DNA of 64,000 nt, taken from NCBI GenBank assembly GCA_965153355.1, contig OZ231126.1:39928001-39992000 (forward strand). The letters are read 5' to 3'. Positions within the stretch are counted from its first letter, which is position 1; the number at the start of each line of letters is the position of its first letter. Origin of the DNA: Flaccisagitta enflata (lineage: Eukaryota). The notes under the pieces were generated by a model that searched no databases, had not been told where the DNA came from, and worked only from the letters and a program-made list of their open reading frames with translations. The translations under genes and the position numbers were made by a program. This document shows positions 42,957 through 61,512 of this stretch, piece by piece.

Positions 42957-43638
42957 TTTCTCACTTTCTTTCTCTTTCTTTTCTTTTCTATCTTTTTTTT
43001 TGTTTCTTTCTTTATTTGTATGTTTCTTTCATTCTTTCCTCCTATTTCTCTTTTTTTTTTCTTTCTTTACTAGAAACATCAATTTTTTTTTTGTTAGCAA
43101 CCCTACAAGGGACGGACTCCTTTTGAACACAGGAGGACTTCCATACTTATTTGTCACTCCGTTTGTATGTTTATCCCCCTCCCTATCAGACCTCTTGGGC
43201 TTCAAATCAGGCCCATCAGGTCGGGTTTCGCAGAACACATTTACCCTTTGAGCAACTGGTTTTTTTTCTTTCTTTCTTTCTTTCCTTCCTTCCTTTCTGT
43301 TTTCCTTTCTTTTTCTTTCTTTCTTTCTGTCTTTCTTTTCTTACTTCCTTTCCTTCTTTCCTCTCTGTTTTTTTATCCTTTTTTCTCTTTTTTTTTCCTT
43401 TCTTTCTATCTTTCTCTCTTTCTGTCTTTCTTTCTTTCTTTTGACAGTAAATTTGTCGGGCCCGCTGTTTTTCAGTCGGGCCCGCTAAATTTGATGGAAG
43501 CGTGCCCGACTGGCCCGCTCAGAAAAATCACTAAGATCAGGGCTGGTTATCATTCACTGTAAATTTTATGCAAATTGGTCAACATCTTCATACTTTTTTG
43601 CTCTCTCAAAATTTGTTCGGTTTTTTATTTTGCCATAG
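41817..43638. mobile_element. TTAA-TSD non-autonomous DNA transposon (piggyBac-like)
   Basis: ttaa|ctatggcaaaa...aaccgaaca / tgttcggtttt...ttttgccatag|ttaa. Confidence 0.8.
42704..43545. mobile_element. hAT-type MITE with subterminal GGGCCCG repeats
   Basis: 8-bp TSD gttatcat; TIR cagccctgatcttag. Confidence 0.88.
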
Positions 43639-45790
43639 TTAAGTCAAACAGGTCAAAGTAGTCATTTCAGTCATTTCATGTCTTTTTAAGTCATTTAAAG
43701 TCGTCTTAGGTCATTTTAAGTCATCTTGAGTCAATAAAAGTCATCTTAAGTTACTTTTGTCTGGCACGCGATTTAAAGGTGTTGGCCTTGTTCCTATAAA
43801 AAAAAGCAGGGACAAAGACATTCAGGCTTACAGTCAGAGGCAGACGGAATTTGGGAACATTAAATGAGGGACACAACGTTTGGGCTCTGCAGTGGGCATA
43901 AGTCTAATCGATTACTCTTTGTCGGCCGGTTTGTCTGACGGTCTGTCGATTGGACAAACCTCGGCGCCTTCATGACAACTTGTTTCTGTGGATAAAAAAA
44001 GAAAACTGCAAGTCACTTGTGATTTTTAAACCTTTTCAAAATGACTTTTTCGACCCTTTTCAAAATGACGCAGAAGTTTTTGAAATTCTCATGATGATTT
44101 CTATTAAGGTGTTATTTGTTGAGAAAACTAAAGGATGATCAGAAATTCCGAATGTGTGATGGATCCGGAATAAACACCATTAGGAGCTTCTAAGGTTCTT
44201 GTCCTTGTCTTAGATTTCAACCGTTTCCAGACCTCTTCAGATGGCTTTGCTTGTGACATTGTCCAGCTATCATACCGAAATAATACAAGTTCGATTTGAT
44301 TGAAAGACAGAGAAATCATTTGAATATCCTAGAGAGAGAACGCAATAGATTTAATTGAGTTTGAAAAAACATCACAGAAAAGCGATAGAGGACGAGCTTA
44401 TTACAAGGTAAGGCTTCATTTGACTTGACTTGTCGACATCACGATCATTGCGAATTGACTAACGGACCGACGGAAAAACGGAAAAACGGAAGGACCCACG
44501 GCCGGACAAAGCTTCTTAGTTGACGACTAAAAATGGAATTAAAGAATTTCAATGAATCCAAACAATGAAATCCATTTTCCATCGCGTCAAAAATGGAAAA
44601 CTTGTGTAACTTGAGCATTTTGTTTCAAAATCGTTTAGGTTTGACCATTTTGTTGTCATGTTAGGACAAAGAGAACTCGTTTGCGTTTTTGATTAGTTTC
44701 CTCGGCGTTGCTTTCAGAGCCTCGCCGGTTTGAGCCGGTTTGCTTGTTTCAGCCCTTAGCCGGTTTCAGGCTTGTGGTCCAACTGCCACAAGTTGCGCGG
44801 TTTGGGTTTCCCAGGTGAGCAATAACGAGGAAACGACCCAAAGTGTTTTGCAGCAAAATAATGCCGCAATTAAGTGGAAGGGAAAGGAAGAGAGTTGGGG
44901 GCTTATGGCAGAGTGTGGACTTGTTGGTGTAGTGAGGTTGACGAATAAAGGGGAAGTGAAAGGGTAGTTGAGGGTGATGAAAGCGATAAACATGATTCTC
45001 TTTTAACTGCTCGCAAGCGATTGAATGATTCGCTCCATCTGTTGGTTTGTAGAGATCTTTGGATCGCCACGAGCCCGTGAGCAGTTTCTTTTTTTCATTT
45101 TGATCCTTTAAAACACCGATTATAGATCCTGAATGGTTCTGGTAAAAGTCGCGTAACAGTGTATTGTTAAATTAGGACCCGGGTAACACAATGCCACGTA
45201 CGACCGACTTCCAATGTGTGGCGTAAAACGTTATGTACATAAGAGAAAGCAGCCGCTACCTCTTTTGCGTCTCATCACCAACTGCATATAAATAGTTCAA
45301 GGATGAAGTTTCACTGTTTCCTTGGAAAGCTTTTGATTTGATTGATACCCTCGAACTATCGTAAAAAATCAGTGTCTGTATCGTAATATTTACAATTTTA
45401 CATATCCATACTTGGAGAGCAGGACCATCTTATTTTCATTTCTATGTCGTTTGCCCAACTTTAGGACACCTTACGTAACACCCTCTTCTATCGATCTGCT
45501 CTGTTGAGGCCCTCCTCAGTGACCCCTTCCCAAGTAGCCCCGCCCCCCTTCCTCTTTCCCCGACGGTTGTCGCTTCCTTATACAGTGCCCTTTCACCTAA
45601 AGGCGGCATCCGTGAAAAGAATATTGATATAAAAATCTAAGGCTTTGCTGGCGATATGAAAAATAAAGATTTACACACGAAAAGGCTCATCTTTTATATT
45701 CTTTTATGTTCTTGTTTGGCTTTTCTTTGCTTTTGTATGTGTAGAAGACGGTTTTGATACTTAAAGCCTAAAGGATAACATTTACCTTTT

Positions 45791-45840
<50 letters not shown>

Positions 45841-46248
45841 TTTCAAAATTCAATAGAGAGAAAATCCCCCCGAGAGCAAATACATTTGTGTGCGTCGGTG
45901 TAAGTAGGAGTTCTGTGTGCGCGCGTGTGTGTGTACCTCCTCTTTCAGAGAAGGAAAAGAGAATTCTCGGTGGGACTACTTAAAAGTGAATTATACATAT
46001 CGAATTCAAAGTGAACGCGGCAGTGTCATTAACTTTTCAATTTTTCTAGTTTGTCGGTCGGCAAGCCAGACGGAGACGGTCATTCAAACCACTTGGTTCT
46101 TCAACTTATGACTCGAAGGCCTGGTCGCTAGCAAACGAGGTAATGACCTTCTCATTGAAAATGTCTTAAATTACTTATATATATCTACGATTATATGTAT
46201 GCGTCGATTCGGCTGTCCTTGCGCGCAAATCCGAATTCGCGTTCGTAT

Positions 46249-46371
<123 letters not shown>

Positions 46372-47202
46372 TTCTATTTTGGGAAACCGCCCTTCTATTC
46401 AGGTTATTTCTTGCAGTCCATCTGATGCCCTCTCTCCAGGATGAGCAAAGAAACTACTGCTGAGCTTCGGCGATGCCAATGCGGTTGCCCATCCGCTGTT
46501 TTTTAGCGTTTGATGATTGAGGTAGAGAAAAATACCACTACGTTTACAACCCGCTATAGTAAACTCAAAAGTAACAGAAATGAGATTTGTGGATAGGAAA
46601 TGTGGGTCCCTTCACGCTATTTCTTTTTACTTCTTACATTGGCAATATCAAAACTCTACTAGTAGTATAAAAAACAAGGCCGGATACACGGCTACCCCAG
46701 TCGCGTGCGGGTGGGCAGGGGCTGTATTTGTGGTCACTTGATCATTTGGGCAGGAGCAGTGAGGCCATAGACCGCAAAAACCCCCCAAAAAAGTAAAGTG
46801 TGACGGATGGACGGACGGACGAACCGACGGACGGACGGACGGACGGACAGACGAACCGACGGACGGACGGACGAACCGACGGACGGATGGACGGACGGAC
46901 GGACCGTCAAAGCGGGGTGTAGAGTCGCGTAGCGTGCGACTTAAAATGTCCCTTGACTTGCACTATTACTGTGCTCATCGGTAATTCGGACGTATCTTTG
47001 CATCCTATTTTGCGACCGACACAAGAAGTTGATTTGTAAGTCAGTCTGTCAATCAGCCGGTTGGTTCGTAGATCTGATACTTCTTTGACAGGAGAACGGT
47101 TCTTGCATTGCTCCCCCTTGATCTTCATGACTACATGCCTCCATACTCGCAGAACCCGAAAGACTGCGAACACGCAACTCTGTATGAGACTTCATTTATC
47201 CC

Positions 47203-47340
<138 letters not shown>

Positions 47341-47923
47341 GCCTTTTGGTCCGTCGGTCGGCCCGTGATATTCGAGTTGAAAAAATTTACCGCGCGCATG
47401 GTTCTGCCTCTTCCCCTTGGTCCGCAACGATATTGTATCACTGCGTTACTTGTTAGAAATTTCAATACGGGACTGATGAAGAACTCAATTTCACAAAATG
47501 CTGTCATCATTCATGCGATTCTAAATTTCCGACGTTTGCTTAGCTCTGCTTTAGTCTTTTAAGATAAAGGATTCTTTTTTTTTTTTTTTTTTGCCAAAAG
47601 AAAAAAAAAGCAAAACTTTCTTAAATTCCTGTTTCAAACGCCTTTTTTCACTCCACCCTTTTTACCCGGGATTAGGCAAATGTTTAAATTGAACTTTTTT
47701 TCGTCAAAAAATTAGAAAAAAGACTTTCCAAGAAAAGGAAACGTCCTCCACCCAGCTGCTGCTCCGTCTATCATCTTGTCTATCTATCGCTTGAAGCTGT
47801 CTTTCTGACATCTCCTGTCTGCTGGCTTGTCTGTTTTAGTGATTGTCTATTATGAGTCTCGCTTTTTATCGGTTTGCTGATCAGTATTCACTCATCTCTC
47901 TCTCTCTCTCAACAATCTCTCTA

Positions 47924-47959
<36 letters not shown>

Positions 47960-48234
47960 TGATAAACGGAGAAAAAGAACTGTTTTTACAATCATCTCTG
48001 AAAGATTTTCATCAAACCTCATAAGTCATATAAAATTGGATCTTGGAGGCTATGATATGAGTCTACCAGTCTACCAGTCGCCCAAGGGCAATATGTGGTC
48101 AGCGATACCCGTTGCCCTGCTTTGTATGTTGGTGATTGTAGGTGATGGGTAGCAGGGCAGCAGCCCCGAAGGGGACGATGTCCTGTATAACACAGGGGCA
48201 CATTTGCCCAATGAGTTTGTAAGACTGGGATTTA

Positions 48235-48483
48235 TGCCTCAAGGCTGGGATTAAAGCCTCAAGGCTGGGATTTGAGCCTCAAGGCTGTTATTTGAGCCTT
48301 GAGGCTGGGGTTTGAGCCTCGAGGCTGGAATTTGAGCCTCGAGGCTGGGATTTGAGCCTCGAGGCTGAGATTTGAGCCTCAAGGCTGAGATTTGAGCCTC
48401 GAGGCTGAGATTTGAGCCTCAAGGCTGAGATTTGAGCCTCGAGGCTGGGATTTGAGCCTCGAGGCTGGGACTTGAGCCTCGAG
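48235..48483 (+). repeat. 20-bp minisatellite (gaggctgggatttgagcctc)n inside a family-2 element
   Basis: About 12 visible units. Confidence 0.9.
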
Positions 48484-49580
48484 GGGGGGGGGGGCGTTCG
48501 CACGCACACACGCACACATGGATGAACGAACGAAATTCCTGTGTTCTACAGGAAATCGTCTCCTTTGTGGCCGCTGCCCAAAAAGCCAGGATATGGGTCT
48601 GATCTCATAGGCCAGGATTTGGATCTCACTGTCTAGAATGTCGATTTCAGAGGAAAGGATCAAGGTCTGAAAGGCCATGATTTGGGAAATTTGAGTTTTC
48701 TAGCGAAGATTTTGATTTTTCGCTTAGATTTAGGTCTTTTAGGCAGAATATTGGTCAAAATGGGCTCCAAAGGCGGCAAAGTCCTGCAGCTGGAGGAAGG
48801 TGGGACATAGGGATGGACTGACGGACGGAGAGACAAACGGATGGAAGGTTGGTTAGATTCCCGGATGTTTTAGTTTTACAGGTTTTCATCGCCAAGATGA
48901 AAAGGAGGAAGGAAAAAAAAAGAAAAAGAGAAAGAGAAAGAAAGAAAAAGAGAAGAAGAAGGAAAAGAAGAGAAAGGAGAATGAGATGAAAGAGAAGAAG
49001 AAGAGAAAATAGAAGAAGAAGAAAAAAGACATAAGTCACTTAACCAATGACTTACTTAGTCTGCCTTACTGCCAGTACATTCATGTAAAAACTTCCACTT
49101 ATACTCATGATCGCATTTGCCTTAAAGCGGGTCTGGTGTAGGCGGCGGCCTGATTCTTGCATTAGAGATAAAGAAAAAAAAATGAGAAGTGTGTAATTCC
49201 AAACTTTCAATTTTTGTATTCAAAAATCTCTTACAGGAAAAAGCTTCGGGCCAACCCGCACAGGAACTTCTTAATGCACCTTTCTCTTTGATAAAGACAT
49301 TCTTTATCAGCACTAAAAATCTTGGAACATTTTAAGCACTTAGTACGCTCTTGCTCTCTCATCTTCGTCTCTTTCTCTGTCTTTCTATCCACGTCAAATG
49401 TTATCCAACTGTCACCCTTTTTCTTTTTTTCGGTCTGTCTGTCTGTCTGTCTGTCTGTCCGCCTTTGTGTCTGTCTATTTGTTCTTTTTTTCTTTTAGTC
49501 TGTCTATTAATCCCTCTGTCTGTCAGTTTGCTTGTCTGTCTTTCTGTCTGCGTGCCCGTTAAGTTTCCTTTGTCTGTTCT

Positions 49581-49719
<139 letters not shown>

Positions 49720-50252
49720 TTATCTTTATTTTTCTTTCGTCCTTTCCTCTAGTTGGCATCGGAACTCATTAAAGAAAATTTTCCACACCTTGTCATTCGG
49801 CGAAGAGACGACAAGCAAGGGGAGATGACAAACGGACAAGGACTGACAAACAAGGAGGAAATGAAAATGAAAAATGGACAACCACTGTCAAAATGAGGAA
49901 ATGAATGAAAAAGTTTTGTTCTATGCAATTCTTTAGCCGTCACAGCAAAGAATTGATCGAAGACTGACGGACAACCCCTTGGCTAAAACCGTTGGGACAG
50001 ACTAACTGTCTGATGCAGAGATGCGAATACATATGTTTGTTTCTAAAATAGCCTGACTCACAGGAGGGAAAATGTTCGAAAAAAAGTCTTCAGACAAATC
50101 GGATCAAAATTGGTAGAAAAAAGATAATGAATAATGTCAATCTATATGCAAATAATGTCTATCTATATGCAACGATTGTTTGGTTTTGCAAATTGTACTC
50201 AAAACAAACTTCGAAAGACAATCATTCTTTAACAGTCACACAGACACACACG

Positions 50253-50405
<153 letters not shown>

Positions 50406-50756
50406 TCACACACACACCCACACTAACTGACATACATTGCAAAAATACACAGACAAACTTGACTTGACTTTCAGTCTCACAAGAGGTCAATCAAACAATG
50501 GGTGATAACCAGTTCCAATTTTGACAAATCCCTCAACAATATCCTCTTTTCGTCCTTTTTCTCACAAAAATTAAAACTCCGCTTCGCTTTATTTTGAACG
50601 ATTTAAATCAATTCCTTTTTTTTCTGCTGCAGAGTAAAACGTCAGTTTTTATCGCAAACATTCTCATTTCATTTTGACTCCAATTTATCACAACATTAAC
50701 TTTCTTTCTCAATAACTCCCTTCTCACATAATCTGTCTGTCTGTCTGTCTTCCTTT

Positions 50757-50840
<84 letters not shown>

Positions 50841-51720
50841 TTTATGATATCAAAATTGCGGTCGTTTTACAGATCAAAAGTCAACGAGTGGAGAAATAAA
50901 GAATTTGGCACCGAATCGTTCGGATTTGGGCTCGTTGGTATTCGTTGGCGCACCTGCATGGTAAAGTACAGTAACGTAACATTTCAATATATTGAGATAA
51001 AGTATGTAAACTGTATGTTACATCACAGAACAGTGACGTAACACTAAAAATACAGTGCAATGCAATATAGAGCATTAAAGTAAGATAACTACCAGAAAAA
51101 AACTCCTCCTTACCAATTTACCAACCAGCCATTCAAATTTCCAACTAACCATCAAACCATCCAACCAGACTTTCAACAAACCATCCGACCAACAATTCAA
51201 TAACCCGACCAACAGACTAATCAGACAAAGAAAGGGCAGTAATCGTGAGATGAGATAACATTGAAAAGTTTCTATGGTAACGACCACCTAATCAGCGCGG
51301 AAATAGAAATACTCCTTCATCACTCAAAATTCTAATTTAATCAAGCGGCAACGACAACGGGATTCCAGCAAGTTATTCGAAGCCGAAAGGCAAAAAAGTG
51401 AGGGAAATCTTATGTAGGAAACAGAACGAAAAAAAGAAAATAAGAAAAGAAAAGAAAATATTATCATCTTAAAAAAAACGTTATCATTTCAAAATTCCTC
51501 CGTTTTTTCTAACTCATCACATTTTTGCCTGAGGGCAGAAAAGTTTCCCAAACACGCGATGAACCACGCGTACTCGAAGACGCAGAGGACATGTACATCA
51601 TAACCCCCTCAAAACTTGAAACGACAAGGGCAACTTTTCTACATGCAATGTGGAGCGTCTTTTAAAAAAAAACCTGTCTCTCACTGTGCTCGTCTCTTAG
51701 TCGCGGACCAGCGACTCTAT

Positions 51721-51818
<98 letters not shown>

Positions 51819-52250
51819 GTGTGTGTGATCAGGTCTGAGGCCGACCCATCCGCGACGATGTTTGTAACCGCGCGTTTATCATTTTTCAGGCCGGCCGCCG
51901 GTCTGCCCATTTTATCGTCCGTCAGTCTGCATCGTGTTTTCATGTTTGTCGGTCCCACTGATCCCGCGTCGTGTTGCTCAGGGCCAGGCAGCAGGATCGT
52001 CTTTTTTCAAGGACTTTTCACATGAAAAGGATTTTTTAATCAAGACAGTGAAGACACCGATCCGAGTGAATATTGATTAGAGTTAAGAGAAGTTTGTTCA
52101 GCGGCTTATAAATGAAGGAAGAAAACATGCAAAAATTTATCATTCATATTTTTTTCCTTTCATGATTAGGTGAATCACTGATGATTAATCGATGAAAATG
52201 TAAGAAATCGCGAGCGAGAACGTCAAGAAAAAAAATAAGCAAGAAAAACC

Positions 52251-52359
<109 letters not shown>

Positions 52360-52434
52360 AACAATAACAATAACAACAACAACAACAATAACAACAACAA
52401 CAAGAAACAAACAACCGGCAACCAACTACCGACA

Positions 52435-53362
<928 letters not shown>

Positions 53363-53512
53363 GTACGTGAAATTTAGAACCTTGCTTTGTTGTTCATGTC
53401 CACATATTTTTGTCTCTCTGAAAACATGAGAGCTTTCAAGTCTGACAGAGTTAAAAGTTAACCACGATCTTTCTCTCTCTTTCTCTCTTTTTTCTTTCTT
53501 TCTTTCTTTCTT

Positions 53513-53604
<92 letters not shown>

Positions 53605-54910
53605 GCGTTTTCTGTCGCGGATGTTACGGTCGTCATTTCGGTCCAACTGGTTACGGTTACGGTATCGGCGCCGGCATCATGACTTCCGTCAACGCCGTCA
53701 ACGTGGATTCGGCCTCTTTCACTCCGCCGGCGTCTCCGCGCGCGCTTTCGCCGCCGCCACCGGCGGTGAATCGGCCGCCGGTGAATTCAGTCGCTTACCG
53801 GCGGATCGCCGCGCTGCCGGATGGACCGCCAAAGGCTTTTGACGCCTCACAATTGCCGCCGACGCCGCCGCGACCGATGGTTATCAATATCAACAATCAA
53901 CCGTTACAACCTACCGGGTCTCCAGCCTCTCCAGCCCCACCTTTTTTTGAATCCAGCGGTGGTGTGTCTGCAGCATCTTCACCTTCATCACCATCACCAT
54001 CCTCCCCTTTCTCTCATTTACCGCCGACACCGGCTTTGCCCAAATCGCTTCCACCGACGCTCTCGACGTCGCCTCCTCTTCCTCCTTCGCCGCATGGCAC
54101 GTCTTTTCCTTCCCCATCGGCGGATTTTGTGTCACCTTTCCTTCCGGCTGACTGCATGTCACCTCCACCTGATTTCTCTCCCCTCTCACCGATGATTGAA
54201 GAAGTTGTTGTATCGCCTGTCGATTCCACGCCCATGGCAGCGTCACCATTGGAAGGAGAAGTGGCGGAAAGGCATGCTACTCCGTCAATAGCCTCTGAAG
54301 AAAAACCGTTGGAGTCGCAAACAATCACAGATACGCCTCCCTCTTTAACGGCTACAAAGCATCCAGACGTCAGCCCGACATCAGTGAAAAAACAGTCAGA
54401 CACAACCCCGACCGTGAAGCAACAGCCGGAAAGCACCCCGACAGCGAAACAGCCTTTGAGGCCGAGAAAATCTTTGACTCCGGATCATTATCACGATTTG
54501 GCGGCGATTCCGCAGACGCGACCTTCGGCGCCGGAAGTGGAGGTAGATGGGATGCAGTTGACGCGAGGTGCCGGATTGTCATCAACGGCGTCCGCACATC
54601 CCACTGCATCTCCAACTCACCCTGCATCGGCTCAATCGGCGTCGCTCTCTCCCCATTACTTGGCCAAGTCTCCACCTTACCTTCCCAAGCTTCCTCTGGC
54701 TTCAACGCCTCCAGCATCGCCGCCTCCCATGCCGAGAAGTCCGCGCCCGAGAAAGTCTCTTAGTGACGCGGCATACTCTGCTTTAGCCGCCGTTCCAATG
54801 TCGCGTCCGGCAGTAGCAGCAACAATAGCGCCGACGACAGCGGCGCCGGCTTCGAGGGCATCATCGGACGGAACTACCGGAGCAACGTTAGACGACGGTG
54901 TCCATCCAGT

Positions 54911-56032
<1,122 letters not shown>

Positions 56033-56076
56033 TCAACAACCGGATCATCGGTCAGTGCCGAAGATGAGGAATTGGC

Positions 56077-56144
<68 letters not shown>

Positions 56145-56181
56145 AATTCCGGAATCAAATCATGACAACAACAACAACAAT

Positions 56182-56273
<92 letters not shown>

Positions 56274-56799
56274 AACCAGCTACAAAAACAACATTAACCA
56301 TATCAACAAAATTGAACACAGCAGTAAAAACAACAGCATCACCAGCACTAGCGATATGTCGATGTGACGATATAATCAATGGCGCTTAACGCTTTTAAAA
56401 AGAGATAAACAGCGATGACAAATGACAATAAAGAAACGTCGGAGGAATTCTGCATGCCAGACACAATCTCGCTTGACGGCTGGAACAATATAACTTTTTT
56501 TTCTTTCCATATGATAAAATATTCTTTTACCGAGCACAAAACCTCATTCAAATGTTAATGAAAAACAAGGCCAAGAGATGTCCAATAGATGCGTCCTCTT
56601 TAGATGTAAGATATTAAGATACATAACGTATTGAGGCCCCCTTCCCCCAACGCCTCCACACTCTCTCATACTAATGCAAGAACGTATCTAAAGATGTAAA
56701 GAGAAGTGAAGAGAATTGAAGAGAAATGAAGACTTGATCATATGAGGAGACATGAAGAAACATGAAGAGGCATGAAGAGACACAAATTATGAGATTAAG

Positions 56800-57413
56800 C
56801 ACGCCACGGGGGAGGCTTTCATAGGTCAAGAAAAATTCTCGGTCATAATGGAGAGTGGTTTGGGCCTCAGGAAGGTTTACTTTATCACTTTATACTAAAA
56901 CAAAAATTTTTTTACTTCAAAATTGTTTTAAAATGCCGTAAAATGCCGTAAAAAGCCGTAAAATTGGCATTTTTGACAGTTTTTTTTGTCTGAAACCGCC
57001 GCTAAGGTAAAAAAATAGGCAAACAATGATTATCTGGCACTAAGACACATTCATGCATAAATACAGGCTAACCTGTCATCATTTAGTATCATTTTGTGCC
57101 GTAAAATGCCATAAAAAACCGTAAAAATGGCATTTTTTAATGACAAGTTGGCATGTATTTATGCATGAATATGTTTTAGTGCCAGATAATCATTGTTTGC
57201 CCATTTTTTGACCATAACAGCGGTTTTGGACCAAAAAAACTGTCAAAAATGCCAATTTTATTACGGCCTTTTATGGCATTTTAAAAAAAATTTTGAAGTA
57301 AAAAAATTTTCGTTTTGGTATTAAGTGATAAAGTAAACCTTCCTGAGGCCAAAACCACTCTCCATTATGACCGAGAATTTTTCTTGACCTATGAAAGCCT
57401 CCCCCGTGGCGTG
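56800..57413. mobile_element. Palindromic MITE, CAC...GTG ends, 4-bp TSD (Chapaev-like)
   Basis: taag|cacgccacgggggaggctttc...gaaagcctcccccgtggcgtg|taag. Confidence 0.85.
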
Positions 57414-57489
57414 TAAGATGAAAAAAGATTGAGAAATGTAAAGAAAACCTTAGAAATCTCCTTTTGGAATTTTGCGTCAAGTACATGTA

Positions 57490-58091
57490 CAGTGGGGTTT
57501 GTGGAATAACAGCCTAAACTGGAGGAAGGTATTTAAGTGTCTTAATTTCATTTGCCAAACTTGATATTTTAAATATAAGTTCTTCAATCAATGCTTTTGT
57601 CCCTGAGTTTTTCGGTTGCTATGGAAACCAAAATATTTTTTTTTAACATCTATAGCTACTAGAATATCACTATTTTGAAAAATATTATCAGGGAACATTG
57701 CCCAGAATCAAATTTGCTACTACTTTCCCACAGTATGTTCTGTAAGAATATTGCTCGTTTGACTGTTGCTAGGGAGCATCATTTAGCGGTTGCTAGGTGT
57801 GATGCCCCCTAGCAACAGCTAAATGAGCGATATTCTTACCGAACATACTGTGGGAAAGTTTTAGTAAATTCAATTCTAAGTAATGTTCCCTAATAATATT
57901 TGTCAAAATATTGATATTCTAGTAATTATAAATGTTTGAAAAAATAATTTTGGTTTCCATAGCAACCAAAAAACTAAGGGACAAAAGCATCAATTGAATA
58001 ACTTATATTTCAAATATCAAATTTGTAAAATGAAATTAAGACACTTAAATACCTTCCTCCAGTTTAGGCTGTTATTCCACGAACCCCACTG
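57490..58091. mobile_element. Intact palindromic TA-TSD MITE
   Basis: TA|cagtgggg...ccccactg|TA with ~280-bp arms; same family as 9517-19829. Confidence 0.9.
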
Positions 58092-58854
58092 TACATGTAT
58101 CTTCCTTCGGACCTACGGAGGGACACACAGTCTTTTAGAAATGCGAGGACGCATCTAATAAGTTACGCCACCGAACACAAAAAATGATTTTTCTATGTGT
58201 CAAATTGGCTTATCCTCGATTTGATATGAACGACAAATGACAGAAAATATGTTTTTTCTTCCTTTTTGTGAATATTCTGCTTATCTTCAAATTCAACTTT
58301 TTAGTTAAAACGTGTGAAAGCTATTGATCAATCGGAGGGAAATGAACTAATTAAAGATTAACAATCGTAAGCTAGTCGTTCCTTCTCCGAACTAAAACCT
58401 TGACAGAAAAAAAAAGCAAAGAAATAATTATAATTCTTTATCGATTATAAGTCAAAAGAAGGAATTTGTAAGTGGCAAAAAGGTGATATTTCACAAAAAG
58501 AATTTCTTCTTTGACATAAACTTATCATTTCAAAGCGCAAAAAAATAAAAGCGTTAACCCCTTTCTTGCTCGAGTTGGCATAAAGTGTGTCACTGCTAAC
58601 GATCAGTGTTTCTTTGAGGATCATAGAGAACAAGTGTAATTCAATGAAAGAGAATTTGTGACATGTTGAAGGGTGAGTATAAGGTGACGGCGTATGTATT
58701 TACCTTATTTTCACTGACTGATTTATTAATCTGGTGTTGGAGATATTCGTTATTAAATTACAAATACAAATTTTTGTTTCTCTTCACGTTCTTTCTTTAA
58801 GAAACTGCGTTCTTTTGATGACAAATGCCCGTAAGCAGCGCGGAAGCTCACACA

Positions 58855-60700
<1,846 letters not shown>

Positions 60701-61309
60701 CTTGTACCCATAAGACAAGGAGTCAAATTTTTGATCATCTACAAGTAGGTTATGATGGGTAGCCATCTTGGGCTTGCATTGATACCAAATTTGGCATGTT
60801 TGGCACCATTTCAGTCATCCGCATTTGAACCGAAATTGAACACCCAAAATGATGTTTTTCCGCCATTTTGACGCTTTTCTCGTTAATTTGAAGGAATTTG
60901 GATTAGCAGCTGAAACTTCTTAATTTGTTATTTTGAAATAGCTCGGCATCCAATCACTAGTAATCTAGTAACAACTTTATGGTATTTACTAGATACTTAA
61001 TTTTCTACTCCCTGCCTTGTCTGTCTGTCGGTCTGTTGGTCAGCACATTGGTTTGTCCCCTTTCTACCTTTTTAGTTGCGGATACACAAATTTGAAGAGG
61101 CTTTGTCCCTCCATCCGTCTATCCGTCCATCTAGTTTGTCTATAAGCGCGAGTCAAAAAGTGGAAAAAAAAGTGTTTTGGATGCTTCTTGTTTATGTCTG
61201 TGTATGGGGGAGGGGGGGTGGGACGTGGGGTGTGGCTGGGGGTTGGATGCCCCTGCCCACCCATCCGCAACAACTCTGCTTCACTTGTTTGTGTCTTGAT
61301 GCTTGAGAG

Positions 61310-61512
61310 GTCTGATTTGATTCCTGAGAGGTCTGATTTGATTCCTGAGAGGGCTCTGATTTAAGGCCTGGGAGGGCTGATATGAGGCTTGAGAGGGCTG
61401 ATTTGAGGCTTGAGAGGGCTGATTTGAGGCTCGAGAGGGCTGATTTGAGGCTCGAGAGGGCTGATTTGAGGCTCGAGAGGGCTGATTTCAGGCTCGAGAG
61501 GGCTGATTTCAG
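61310..61512 (+). repeat. 21-bp minisatellite (gagagggctgatttgaggctc)n, family-2 core
   Basis: Visible tandem units; explains the (LKSALSS)n ORF. Confidence 0.85.

Larger units (their letters stand above)
41627..43790 (+). mobile_element. Family-1 HINE-like element with (gtcattctaa)n array, hosting two nested insertions
   Basis: Same head and tail as 15181-16783. Confidence 0.75.

Noticed and set aside
46050..46139. Possible 5' UTR exon of the LIM gene (ttctag...GAG|gtaatg)
   Set aside because: Splice-like motifs alone are insufficient without transcript data.
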